Positions 1-12,109 of a DNA stretch of 64,000 nt are shown one piece after another. The position numbers were made by a program, and so were the translations under genes. Numbering within the stretch: the stretch's first letter is position 1; each line of letters begins with the position of its first letter. The notes under the pieces were generated by a model. The model was not told the DNA's origin. It did not search any database and saw only the letters and a program-made list of their open reading frames with translations. The stretch is from the NCBI GenBank assembly GCA_038087875.1, contig CM075998.1, forward strand, positions 6,698,001 through 6,762,000, written 5' to 3'. This DNA comes from Malacoraja senta (Eukaryota).

Positions 1-139
1 AAAGCGAATGAGGAATGATCCCGATGCAAAAAGCCGCCTGTCCATTTCCCTCCACAGATTCTGCCTAACCCGCTGAGTTCATCCAGCACTTTGTTCCTGT
101 TCAAGATTCCAGCATGTGTGGTCTCTTATGTCTCCAGTA

Positions 140-420
140 TACAGGGAGCTTTACTTTGTATCTGACTTATGGTATCCCTTCCCGAGGAATATGAGAGGGG
201 TTATTTATCCAAATCATGCCATCCCTGGGAACACATAAAGGTGACCATGTAGAGAGACCTTTACTCTGTATCTAACCTATGAGACTCCTGTCCTGGGAGC
301 AGATGATGGAACAGCGTCAAGGGAGGTTCACTCTACATCTGACCTGTACTGTCTCTGCCTTAGTGGAAAAACAGTTGCACTCTGTATTAAACCAGTGCTA
401 TATACCTGTCATGTGAGAGT
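140..420 (+). repeat. Degenerate ~60-bp tandem repeat (about 5 units)
   Basis: Recurring (gggagc)tttactctgtatctaacc...cctgtcctgggag-like words near 145, 260, 325 and 378. Confidence 0.5.
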
Positions 421-1010
421 AACTTGTGTGTGGTATGATTGCTTTATGTATGGTATTGCCTGCTTGGATAGAGTTTTTCACCAAGAATGTGGAGTACAGA
501 TTTACCAGGATGTGACGTGAAATGGAGGGCATCACAAGGAGAGATTAGATAGGTTGTGTTTCTTCTCTCTGGAGCACATGTTACAGAGGTATATAAGATT
601 ATGAGGGCGTAGATAAGGCAGGTAATTATAATCTTTTCCTGGATGTGGAGTCTTAAACTAGGGGGCTTAATTGAAAGGAGTTGATGGGTGGTGGCCATGC
701 TGTTGGGGACACTGATGCAGGACAATGGGATCAGTGTGGGCAGGCACCATGGTCGCATGAGCACATTGTGTCTGTGTCTGTCTTGTGCAGCTCCATGACT
801 CTCACAAAGAAGCCAAGTTTTTGCACATTGAGCCCAGGAAAATCAATCTGTAGGGATGTCATTCATCCTTGATGTCAATCAGCTCCCAATGTCTGTACGT
901 CGATGGCCAGTAGCATTGCTCCCTCCCTCCCTCCCCTCACCCCTCTCCCCCACCTGCCCTGGAGAAAATACATTGACAAAGTATTTGATAACTTTCCATT
1001 TCCCTTTTAG

Positions 1011-1068
1011 GATTACCCCAAAAATCGGCATCCTGGCTGGAGTAGAGGATCTGTGGCCTATCATGCAG
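1011..1068 (+). CDS. SPRYD3: SPRY domain-containing protein 3, internal coding exon (DYPKNRHPGWSRGSVAYHA)
   Basis: Acceptor tttcccttttag and donor g|gtatga. The 58-nt exon matches my recollection of the vertebrate SPRYD3 peptide, and its phase-1 end joins the exon at 33831. Confidence 0.93.
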
Positions 1069-2029
1069 GTATGAAACTATTCTCACATTTTGGGGCATCT
1101 AAGCCACTTTCTATAACTGTTATCAGGTCTGGGGTAGTATCTGGTGTTTGCCCCTTTGAATCGCAATGTTCATAATGCACTGTGTTTGGTGATTATATCG
1201 ACTCATTTTCTTCTTCCCAAATGCATACCCCTGCAATGTAAACGGATCCATAACACCTTCTGATGGTGTTTCAAGCCAGTGGATCTCTCTCGGTGGGAGA
1301 AGGAACATTTTCACAAAAGTCAAAGAAGATGATTGTTAATGACAAGCGTTTTAATATATGACATAACAGAGAAGAGGTATGCAGATTTTGAATATATAAC
1401 AAGTGGGGGGGGGGGGGGGGAGGAGTGAAGAAAGTGGGAGAAGGGTGTGGGTAATGAGAGGATACCTGAGTAAAAGAACATTGTTGATGGACACAGTGCA
1501 TAATCTGGATTAGTTTGGCATGGAGCAGATTGGGAACGTTGTAGAGAATATGAGATAGATGTGTCAGGGATGGGAGAAAGGGCTATGTAGTCATTCACAA
1601 ACCAGAACAGAGGTCTCAGGAGTAGGGACTATGCTGAGGCACATTTTACAATCTAACCAAAGCTTAAAGAGATAAGAGGAAACAATTAAAATTAAAAAAA
1701 CTGTAAAATGTGGGCTTTGGGAGCAGATTGAGATTGGTGTTGTCGAGGTTGGTTGTGGCAGGATTGATTGGGAGTCGAATGTTGTAACTGAGGTGTGCAT
1801 GTAGCTGCAAGTAGCCTCGTGCCTTAATGAAACAAGAGGAGTGGTTGTAGCTTGGAATAGTCAATGTCGCAAATCTGGGCCAAAGCTTTTTGTCAATAGG
1901 AACCACATTTGTGGTTTAAAGTATAAGGGGAGAGGTATAGGAGTAATGAGCAAGAAGAGATTTTTTTTCATATCAGTTCAGTGACTATTGAATAGCATCT
2001 TTAAGCCAGCATAGTAAGTGTGGGGACAG

Positions 2030-2222
2030 AGGAACTGCAGATGAGGGAATCTTGAGCAAAACACAAAGTGCTGGAGGAACACAGTCAGCTTCTGTGGAGG
2101 GAAATGGACAGATGACATTTTGGATCAGGACTCTTCTTCAGTCTGAAGAAGGGTCCCGACCCGAAACATCACCTATCCATTCCCTTCACAGATGCTGCCT
2201 GTCCCACTGAGTTCCTCCAGCT
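2030..2222. mobile_element. Fold-back Penelope-derived short element
   Basis: Two inverted arms around tcttcttcag|tctgaagaag; the arms match the Penelope terminal repeat seen at 45729-45825. Confidence 0.7.
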
Positions 2223-2299
2223 GTTCAGCACTGGCTTTTCAGAATTATCAGTTAGTGGGAATTAAGCTTGTGGCACAATCCTTAGAGAGCTCGACATCA

Positions 2300-2520
2300 T
2301 CGTTACTTTTTTGCATATCTTTCATTCATTGTTCTTTATCTCTCCACATCATCGTCTATATCTCTCATTTCCCTTATCCCTAACTAGTCTGAAGAAGGGT
2401 CTCGACCCGAAACGTCACCCATCCCTTCTCTCCACAGATGCTGCCTGTCCCGGCTGAGTTACTCCAGCTTTTTGTGTCTATCTTCGGTTTAAACCAGCAT
2501 CTGCAGTTCCTTCCTACACT
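2300..2520 (+). mobile_element. Penelope 3' UTR/terminal-repeat fragment with intact hammerhead motif
   Basis: Reverse complement of the 7821-8020 segment of the Penelope copy; motif at 2389-2416. Confidence 0.75.
2389..2416 (+). ncRNA. Minimal type I hammerhead ribozyme motif
   Basis: CUGAAGA core, stem II GGGUC/GACCC, GAAA, palindromic ACGU, GUC cleavage triplet. Confidence 0.7.
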
Positions 2521-3339
2521 ACACCATCACCTGTTGACGAGATGTTGCAATTACAACAGAATCACTTTGGCATTGAATCTACAGGGAACTTGTAATAATT
2601 GGTGTGGCAAAAAATGGATACATTTGAAATACAAAGAGAAAGTGGCATGTTCCTTCAATAGATCGGGCAGAATCTAGAGAGAGAGAAACAGAGTTAGCAT
2701 TTCCGGTTGATGATTGGAACTGCAGGTAGCAGATTTTGTTTTGTAGACAAAAAAGATATGCGAGTGAAAGATTATTTTGAAGTGTATCAATTTCTAGTGA
2801 GTGAGCCATTTTACTACTGCATTTGTATAAATAATTAAAGACTTTACATTCAAAATGGTTTCCACAACATCAAAGTGGTTTCTAACAAATTTGAAGTGTA
2901 CTCATTGTTGTAATTTAGGTAACACTTTTTCCTCTTCTTTCCCTTCCCCCCCCCCTCCACCCCACCTGGACTTGGACCTATTTTCTCCACTCCCCTTCCA
3001 CCTAATATTCACTTCCTCTAGCTTCACAGTTCACAAAGCTTTGATCCTTTAGTCCCACACCATCTGTCTGTTCATCTCTGTTCTTTGGCCAATCATCTGC
3101 CCATCAAAAAAAACCCTGACCTGTATCCATGTGTTACTTGGCAGACTATGTACTGCCCCTCCTCACTTCAAACTTTCTCTCCCCCCCTCTGACCACCACA
3201 ATCAGTCTAAAGAAGGGTCCCGATCCAAAATATCACACATTCATGTTCTATAGACTTCCTGACTGGCTGAGGTACTCCAGTACTTTGTGTCTTTTTTTGT
3301 AAACCGGCACCTGCAGTTCCTTGTTTCTACTGGTATCAA

Positions 3340-3620
3340 GTGGTGTCAGCCGAGGCTTATTTGGTATTACTTCTGCCCATGAATCAATAGATTGTGAATT
3401 ACCTTTCTGTGGATGTATAATATCCTTGGCACTATTCCTAGACAGGCAGGGGAGTTTGCATTGGTGTACAGACCAATGAAGTATGGTCATTCATCGCTGC
3501 TAATTGAGGAGTCTTAACCGTACATCAATGCAGAAGCCTCTGCACTTCAAAAAGCACTTAGTTGTTGTAAAGTGATTTGGAGCCCACTGATGTTGTGAAT
3601 AGCAGTGCAAGTCTTTCCTT
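3340..3620 (+). mobile_element. Old Deu-domain SINE (SacSINE1/AmnSINE-like)
   Basis: Degenerate tcc-tggcactatt...ggggagtt...cacttcaaaaagcactt...gtaaagtg.tttgg...tgcaagtcttt; similar to 45250-45555. Confidence 0.5.
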
Positions 3621-4114
3621 TGTTTCTTTCGTTGATATTTTTTTATTGAACAAAATATGTGATGATCTCAATGAGAAAAAGAAGAAACAGGAGACACAAA
3701 AAAATGTCATTTACACGGCCTCTCCTCACCTTTGCCGTGCAGCCCTTTAGTGAATAGCAAACATCAGTGAGATCAAAGATCTATAGTCTGCTTTTGACAG
3801 TGTTAATTGAGGATGAACTGTTGATCACATTGAATGGCGGTGCTGGCTCGAAGGGCTGAATGGCCTACTACTGCATCTATTGTCTATGTTTCTATGTATT
3901 TGAATGTCATTTCCTTCCTCCAAGGACAAGAGAAGACATGCCAAAACCTTTCATGGGCTGACCCTTTGTTTCATAACTTTTCGCAATAAAAATCAACTCA
4001 CTGGGGAATATAATCCTGATTTCCTCTATCTTGACATCCAACCCTGCTTCCGGGAGTGAAGCCCAACTTACTCGTTCAAACCATTCTGTTTTGTGCATCT
4101 CATCCCGGCAAAAG

Positions 4115-4450
4115 AAACATGAGAGGAATAGATAGGATGGATGCAGTCTTTTACCTATAGGGGAATTGAAAATCAGAGGACATAGGTTTCAAGTGAGGGG
4201 GGAAAATTTAATAAGAACCTGAGGGGCAACTTTTTACACAAAGGGTGGTGGGTGTATGGAACGAGCTGCCGGAGGAGGTGGTTGAGGCAGGTTCTATAAC
4301 AACATTTAAAAGACATTTGGACAAGGATAGGAAAGGTTTAGAGCGATATGAGCCAAATGCAGGCAGATGGGACTAGTGTAGATGGGGCATGTTGGTCGGA
4401 GTGGGCATGTTGGGCTGAAGGGCCCGTTTCCATGCTGTATCACTCTATGG
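4115..4450 (+). mobile_element. CR1 LINE 3' fragment (HER1-like subfamily)
   Basis: ORF2 C-terminal RGH...FTQRVV...WN remnant plus a gggctgaagggcc.gtttcc tail. Confidence 0.8.
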
Positions 4451-5696
4451 CACTAAATGGGATGCCTGTGCATCTTATGTTCTCCATTCAGTGATTTGTC
4501 CTTTTGCCAATCAATAATACTGTATGCCATGTTTATACCCAAGTTGGTTGGCTGTCTCTTAATGTTACAGTGCTATGTGTCTAAATCCTTTCTGAAGATG
4601 AAGTACTATCTCTAAAGATCGTACAATTATATAAAGAAAATATTAAACTGGGATATTTGCATTATTACCATGTGAATACCAGCAAATTCATTGCGTGAAT
4701 CACTGGAAATAGGTGGTATAGCTTAAACTAAATTCTCTCATGGAAAATGGTTGCTGGTCCTTCATTGTCACTCGATCTAAATCCTGGACCCCCCCCCCCC
4801 AACAGCATTGAGACCACCTTCAACCGGTACGACTGCAGCTCACCCACCCCTCCTTCTAAAGGGCAATGTGGAGCAACATCCATATCCCACATGATGCAAC
4901 GTTACACGGGCCCAGAGGATTCGAAGAAGCAAAATGACAAAACACTCCTGGTTCCTGGTCCTTTCCAGCTTCCATGTAGCTGCATTGTGTTGACCTTTGG
5001 GACTGATGCTGACCTAAGGGGGAAAGGTCCTCAATGAAGTGGCCAGAAGACAAGACAGAAGAATGATAGCTGAAAGGTGGGCTGAACTCGAGTGACATGT
5101 ATTGAGTCAGCAGTTACTAGATGAAACAAGTAGAGCCCCTCAAGGTTTCTGTCACTTGTTTTGAGGATAATGAGCGTCTTGTGTGTGCTGTGTGCCAGGA
5201 TGCTGGAGGTCTTCGTTTTCCAACTTTTGAGTTCTTTCGCAATGGTTTTTGTTGTGACAGGGCTTCTACGCTTGAAGGAAAGGAAATTAGAAATCTGTTC
5301 CCACCCGTGTGTCTCTTCCTAAGTCTATAATTGTTTTCTGTTTGTTCCCATAGTTACCAGTGAAACATTTGTAAACATTGGCAGCAGCTGGCTGTGTTGG
5401 AATGGAAGTGCGTATGCAGACAGCCCTGGCTGTAGGCTTCATTCAGGGCTCCCATGTCAAACTTCTCATACAAGCCACAGGATGTGAAGTGACGTTAAAG
5501 TGTGCACTGATTACATCAATGAGAAAATAAAGAGCGAGAGATACCATGAGCTTTATAAACTTTCTTATTCCAAAGTCAGAAGACTTAAGTGAAAACAGAT
5601 TTGCTCTTGATTAACAAAATACGTCAAAATATGCTTTAGCACTTGCAAAAATAATTCTGTGTTTAATGGTACTTTATTGTCACAGTTACCTAGGTA

Positions 5697-6307
5697 CAGT
5701 AAACCCCCGTTTTAACGGACCTCTTTATAACTGATTTTGGTTACAGTGGACGGACCTAACGCTGGCTGCCCACGCCACCCCCAGCTCTCACTGCCTACCC
5801 TGTTGCTTACAGCCCCAGCTGCCTGCACTACCCCTTGCTCACACTGCCTTATCCACTGTTTCCTGTGCCGACCTCCCACACCACTCCTGACACCCGCCGC
5901 TTTCAGGGCAGACCTTCTGCCACCACCCCTGGCTCACACAGCTTCCGGGCAGCGCAGCTACTGCCACTGCCGACCCTCACCAACACTCCGGCCACAACCA
6001 TTAACTCCGCCGATCCTGGCCACCAGCAGGCCAGGGCCATCAACTCACCTGAATTCCAGGCCCAGTTCTGGACTGAGAGTCTGAAGAAGGATCCCGACCC
6101 AAAGCATCACCTCTACTTGGTCTCCAGAGATGCTGCCTGACCCACTGAGTTACTCCAGCATCTTGTGTCTTATCTCCTGTGTGATCTCCAGCATCTTGTG
6201 TTTTTTTTTACATCTACAATGATAATACCTTACTCAGTAATAGCAGACAATCGGCAACAACGGACTCCATTCTCCACCCTATGGTCTGTTATTATGTGGG
6301 TTTACTG
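5697..6307. mobile_element. Tc1/pogo (Tigger)-like non-autonomous DNA transposon
   Basis: Imperfect ~25-bp TIRs cagtaaacccccgttttaacggacc / ggtctgttattatgtgggtttactg, flanked by TA on both sides. Contains a Penelope-derived insert at about 6078-6200. Confidence 0.7.
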
Positions 6308-7643
6308 TACAGTGAAATTCCTTATTTTTATACGGTTCAGTAGACATCTCCGTATACATAGGCACAATCATATTTAAGTACAAGTGTAAAAAGATGATGT
6401 TACTTCAAAAGATGAGGCAGATAAAATTGAGTCCCTATCTTTTATTTTTAATCATTTGCTGCCCTATTCACACACGTGTTGTTTTTACTTAAGCAATTTA
6501 AGAATGAAGAAAAAAGAACTGGAATAGAGACACATCTAATTATTTTATAGGAAAACCTCACTTAAAACATTCAGTGGTGTTCTGGAGAAGAAGAAAAAAA
6601 GTAATCAAATTAAGGTTGGCTGAAATAATTAAGTGGTGGAAGGGCAATATTAGTTACAGAGCTAATGCAGGCAATAGAATGAAAGAACAATAATATAGTT
6701 GGGACACAAAATGTGAAAAAGGCTTTGTAATACTGGTAAGACACACCTCCAAATCATGGAAAGGAAAAAGTGGAAAATCATTAGATTGAGAGATGAGTTG
6801 GGAAAACGTGATGCAGAGAAAGAGGAAGCAGGCAGGTCAGTGTGGAGAAGCAGTTGCTCGTGAGGGGAAATGCTGATGTGGACTGCTTGGGCTGAATGTA
6901 TTGCTGGGAAAGGCCTGTATTTACTGTCCACCCCTATCCACTCTTGAGAAGGTGGGGGTTGAGTCACCCTTTGAACCACTGCAATCTCTCTGGTGAAGAT
7001 GCTCCCACTGCATTGTTCGGGAGGGAGTTACTGGATTTAGACCCAGTGACGATGGAAATGCAGTGATGTATTTCTGCAAGAGAGTCCCATCTACACGAGA
7101 TTATCAAGAGAGTAACATTAATGAGTACCATCTATATGCAGTGCAACAAATCTGAAGAAGGGTCCCGACCCAAAACGCCACCAATCTATGTTCTCCAGAC
7201 ATGCTGCCTGACCTGCTGAGTTACTCCAACACTTTGTGTCCTTATGTGTAAACCAGCATCTGCAGTTCCTTGTTTCAATATTTCTTTTAATTCAGTAATT
7301 AATTTTCTGTTAGTCATATAATGTAAATGTTTTATATAAAATAGATTATTCCAGATTTTGTGTGGGTAAACACCTGTATATTTGACTGTAATGTCTGAAG
7401 TTAATCACAATTAGTTGACCTGTTTGTCTTTCGATCAGAGTCCTTACTTTGCTGTGTTACTAAAGATTGGGCTGCACACAGGGTGAGTGGTAGCTTTTGG
7501 TTATTTACCCATGGGAGGGTCATCAACTCATCACCCAGTCATTGGAGGCTCTTGAGACCCAAATGTGAATTTAATTGCAAGAAGAATTAATTGTGAAGGA
7601 GTTCAATACAGCGCTATTTTACAGAGATCACAAAACTAGTAAG

Positions 7644-7805
7644 ACACAAAATGCTGGAGTAACTCAGCGGGACAGGCAGCATCTCTGGATAGGAATGGGT
7701 GACTTTTCGGGCCCAAAAAGTCATCCATTCCTTCTCTCCAGAGATGCTGCCTGTCCCGCTGAGTTACTCCAGCATTTTGTGTCTATTTTCGGTGTAAACC
7801 AGCAA
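7644..7805. mobile_element. Fold-back Penelope-derived short element
   Basis: Inverted arms acacaaaatgctggagtaactcagcgggacaggcagcatctctgga / tccagagatgctgcctgtcccgctgagttactccagcattttgtgt. Confidence 0.75.
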
Positions 7806-7820
7806 CTGTGTATCGGATGT

Positions 7821-8602
7821 GTAAAAAAGAACTGCAGATGCTGGTTGAAACACAAAACGCTGGAGTAACACAGCAGGACAGGCAGCATCTCTGGAGAGAA
7901 GGAATGGGTGACGTTTCGGGTTGAGACCCTTCTTCAGACTGGTTAGGGATAAGGGAATAGAGAGATAAAGAAAAATGAATGAATGAATGAAAAATATGCA
8001 AAAAAGTAATGATAATAAAGGAAACGGGCCATTGTTAACTGTTTGTGGGGTGAAAACGAGAAGCTGGTGCGACTTGGGTGGGGATAGAGAGAGAGAGGGA
8101 ATGCCGGGACTACCTGAAGTGAGAGAAATCAAGATTCATACCACTGGGCTGTAAGCTGCTCAAGCGAAATATGAGATGCTGCTCCTCTAATTTGCGTTTA
8201 GCCTCACTCTGACAATGGAGGAGACCAAGGACAGAAAGGTCTATTTGGGAATGGGAAGGAGAATTAAAGTGTCCAGCAACCGGGAGATCAGGTTGGTTCA
8301 GGCAGGCTGAGTGAAGGTGTTCTGCCAAACAATCTCCCAGTCTGCGTTTGGTCTCGCCGATGTATAAGAGTCCACATCTTGAACAATGGATACAGTAGAT
8401 GAGATTGGAGGAGGTGCAAGTGAACTTCTGTCTAACATGAAAGGACTGTCGGGGTCCCTGGACAGTCGAAGGATGAGGTATAGCGACAGGTGTTGTATCT
8501 TCTGCGGTTGCAGGGGAAGGTACCAGGGGAGCTTGGGTGGGAAGGGATGAGTTAACCAGGGAGTTGTGGAGGGAATAGTCTCGAGTGAAGGCGGAAATGG
8601 GT
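7821..8602 (-). mobile_element. Penelope-like element, 3' part (GIY-YIG endonuclease remnant plus terminal repeat)
   Basis: Translates to IYC...YIGETKRRLG...AEH...VAGHFNS...LEEQHLIFRL...GMN. Hammerhead motif at 7910-7937. Confidence 0.9.
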
Positions 8603-8603
8603 G

Positions 8604-11587
8604 GGTTTAAACTAAATAGCGCGGTTTAAACTAAATAGCGGGGGGGGTTGATAAATTGGGAGTATAAAGATGGAGTTAAAGGGGATGTGAGTACAGGAAA
8701 AGTTACAAAAGATTCTCGAATTAATGGGAAGGAAAGTTCGAGAAGGGATAAGAGAGTAAGGTCGGGGCCAATAGTGACCGGTGTGAAAGGGGAGGTGAAT
8801 ACCGAAGTTAAAGTGTTGCATATGAATGCACAAAGTATAAGAAATAAAGTAGATGAGCTTGAGGCTCAGTTAGAAATTGGCAAGTATGATGTTGTGGGAA
8901 TTACAGAGACATGGCTGTAAGAGGGCCAGGGCTGGGAACTGAATATTCAAGGGTATACCTCCTATCGAAAAGACAGACAGGTGGGCAGAGGGGGTGGGTT
9001 AGCTCAGTTGGTGAAGAATGAAATTCAGTCCCTTGCGAGGGGTGACATAGAATCAGGAGATGTAGAGTCAGTACGGATAGAACTAAGGAATTGTAAGGGT
9101 AAAAACACCCTAATGGGACTAATCTACAGGCCCCCAAACAGTAGCCTGGACATAGGGTGCAAGTTGAATCAGGTGTTAAAATTGGCATGTAGTAAAGGTG
9201 AGGGATGGATTCTTCGAGCAGCTTGTACTGGAGCCTACCAGGGAGAAGGCAATTCTGGATTTAGTGTTATGTAATGAACCGGATTTGATAAAGGACCTCG
9301 AGGTTAATGAGCCATTAGGAGGTAGTGACCATAACATGGTCAGGTTTAATCTACAATTGGAGAGGGAGAAGGGTAAATCGGAGGTGTCAGTGTTACAGTT
9401 GAATAAAGGGGACTATGGAGCCATGAGGGAGGAGGTGGCCAAAGTTGACTGGAAAGATACCCTAGCAGGGATGACAGTGGAACAACAATGGCAGGTATTT
9501 CTGGGAATAATACAGAAGGTGCAGGATCAGTTCATTCCAAAGAGGAAGAAAGATTCCAAGGGCAGTAAAGGGCGACTGTGGCTGACAAGGGAAGTCAAGG
9601 ACAGTATCAAAATAAAAGAGAAGTATAAAATAGCAAAGATGAGTGGGAAGCAAGAGGATTGGGAAATTTTTAAAGAGCAACAGGAGATAACTAAAAAGGC
9701 AATATGGGGAGAAAAGATGATGTACGAAGGTAAGCTGGCCAAGAATATAAAGAAGGATAGTAAGGAGCTAAAGGAGCTTCTTTAGGTATGTGAAGAGGAA
9801 AAAACAGGTGAATTTATTATGGGGAACAAGGAAATGGCAGACGAGTTGAACAGGTACTTTGGATCTGTTTTCACTAAGGAGGACACAAACAATCTCCCTG
9901 ATGTACTAGTGGCCAGAGGACCTAGGGTGATGGAGGAACTGAAGGAAATTCACATTAGGCAGGAAATGGTGTTGGGTAGTCTGATGGGACTGAAGGCTGA
10001 TAAATCCCCAGCGCCTGATGGTCTGCATCCCAGGGTACTTAAGGAAGTGGCTCTAGAAATCGTGGACGCATTGGTAGATAAAAATGCTGGAGAAACTCAG
10101 CGGGTGAGGCAGCATCTATGGAGCAAAGGAAATAGGTGACGTTTCGGGTCTGAAGAAGGGTCTCGACCCGAAAAGTCACCTATTTCCTTCGCTCCATAGA
10201 TGCTGTCTCACCCGCTGAGTTTCTCCAGCATTTTTGTCTACCTTTGATTTTCCAGCATCTGCAGTTCCTTCTTAAACGTGGACGCATTGGTGATCGTTTT
10301 CCAATGTTCTATAGATTCAGGATCAGTTCCTGTGGATTGGAGAGTAGCTAATGTTATCCCACTTTTTAAGAATGGCAGGAGAGAGAAAACAGGGAATTAT
10401 AGACCAGTTAGCCTGACATCGGTGGTGGGGAAGATGCTGGAGTCAATCATAAAAGATGAAATAGCGGGATATTTGGATAGCAGTAACAGGATGGATTTAC
10501 GAAGGGGAAAATCATGCTTGACTAATCTTCTGGAATTTTTTGAGGATGTAACTAGGAAAATGGACAAGGGAGAGCCAGTGGATGTAGTGTACCTGGACTT
10601 TCAGAAAGCCTTTGATAAGGTCCCACATAAGAGATTAGGGGGCAAAATTAGGGCACATGGTATTGGGGGTAGGGTTCTGACGGATAGAAAATTGGTTGGC
10701 AGACAGGAAACAAAGAGAAGGGATTAACGGGTCCCTTTCAGAATGGTAGGCAGTGACTAGTGGGGTACCGCAAGGCTCGGTGCTGAGACCGCAGCTATTT
10801 ACAATATACATTAATGATTTAGATGAAGGGATTAAGAGTAACATTAGCAAATTTGCAGATGACACAAACCTGGGTGGCAGTGTAAACTGTGAGGAGGATG
10901 CTATGAGGATGCAGGGCGACTTGGACAGGTGGGTGAGTGGGCAGATGCATGGCAGATGCAGTTTCATGTGGATAAATGTGAGGTTATCCACTTTGGTGGC
11001 AAGAACAGGAAGACAGATTATTATCTGAATGGTGTCAAGTTAGGAAAAGGGGAAGTACAACGAGATCTGAATGTCCTTGTTCATCAGTCACTGAAAGTAA
11101 GCATGCAGGTACAGCAGGCAGTGAAGAAAGCTAATGGCATGTTGGCCTTCACAACAAGAGGAGTTGAGTATTGGAGCAAAGAGGTCCTTCTGCAGTTGTA
11201 CAGGCCCCTAGTGGGACCACACCTGGTGTATTGTGTGCAGTTTTGGTCTCCAAATTTGAGGAAGGACATTCTTGCTATTGAGGGAGTGCAGCATAGGTTC
11301 ACAAGGTTAATTCCCGGGATGGCAGGACTCATATTTTGAAAGAATGGGTTTGTATACACTGGAATTTGGAAGAATGAGAGGGGATCTTATTGAAACATAT
11401 AAGATTATTAAGGGATTAGATACACTAGAGGCAGGAAACATGTTCCCGATGTTGGGGGAGTCCAGAACCAGGGGCCACAGTTTAAGAATAAGGGGTAGGC
11501 CATTTAGAACGGAGATGAGGAAAAACTTTTTCAGCCAGAGAGTTGTGAATCTGGGGAATTCTCTGCCACAGAAGGCAGTGGAGGTCA
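8604..11587 (+). mobile_element. CR1 LINE, degraded ORF2 (APE endonuclease plus RT)
   Basis: [39 protein letters not shown] and FADD across frameshifted ORFs. Interrupted at 10074-10276. Confidence 0.95.
10074..10276. mobile_element. Fold-back Penelope-derived element inserted in CR1
   Basis: ~77-bp inverted arms plus tail; target-site duplication cgtggacgcattg(gt) at 10061 and 10277. Confidence 0.85.
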
Positions 11588-12085
11588 ATTTTACTTCGGA
11601 GTCACGTGAGTGACTACGTGAAGAGCCTGTCCAGCACGCATGCGCGACATTAGCGTTCACGCAGTGCAACAGCGACGACCGGGAGTATAGGCGCTCCCGC
11701 TACAAGTTTAAACAGCGGACCATCAGGTAAGTCTTACTCTGAGGTCGTAATCAGCAAGCTGTGCTCTGCTCTGTAAATTCCAGGGGAAACTGGAAATATG
11801 AGTAAAGCACGGCAAAGGAAGAAAACCGCCCCCCGTTCGACTCCAACAGAACGGGAGTGTCCCATCAGTGGGGGGCGAGAGGCGGCACCTGGACCGCATA
11901 TGCTGCGGTCCACCCTCATCGAGACCGAGCCGAGCCCAGTACCGCTAGCGTAGCCTGATGAACAGGAGCGGGCTGGAGGCAAATCAAGGCAAAAAACATA
12001 CCGGCCGGTTATGTCTCACTCCAATGAGGAGGCTCCGCCTGAGAGCGGAAGGGGTAGCCGCCTGAGCCGCATGGAAAGGCTCATG
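11588..12085 (+). mobile_element. Tentative 5' fragment of a DIRS-like (tyrosine recombinase) retrotransposon
   Basis: CpG-rich island beginning ttttacttcggagtcacgtgagtgact, with donor cag|gtaagt and a basic, disrupted ORF from 11798. Family assignment is from recollection only. Confidence 0.4.
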
Positions 12086-12109
12086 GATTTAGTGTTATGC
12101 AATTAGGGA

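Noticed and set aside
1090..1900. Possible old L2-type LINE remnant
   Set aside because: Too degraded to support boundaries or diagnostic motifs by eye.
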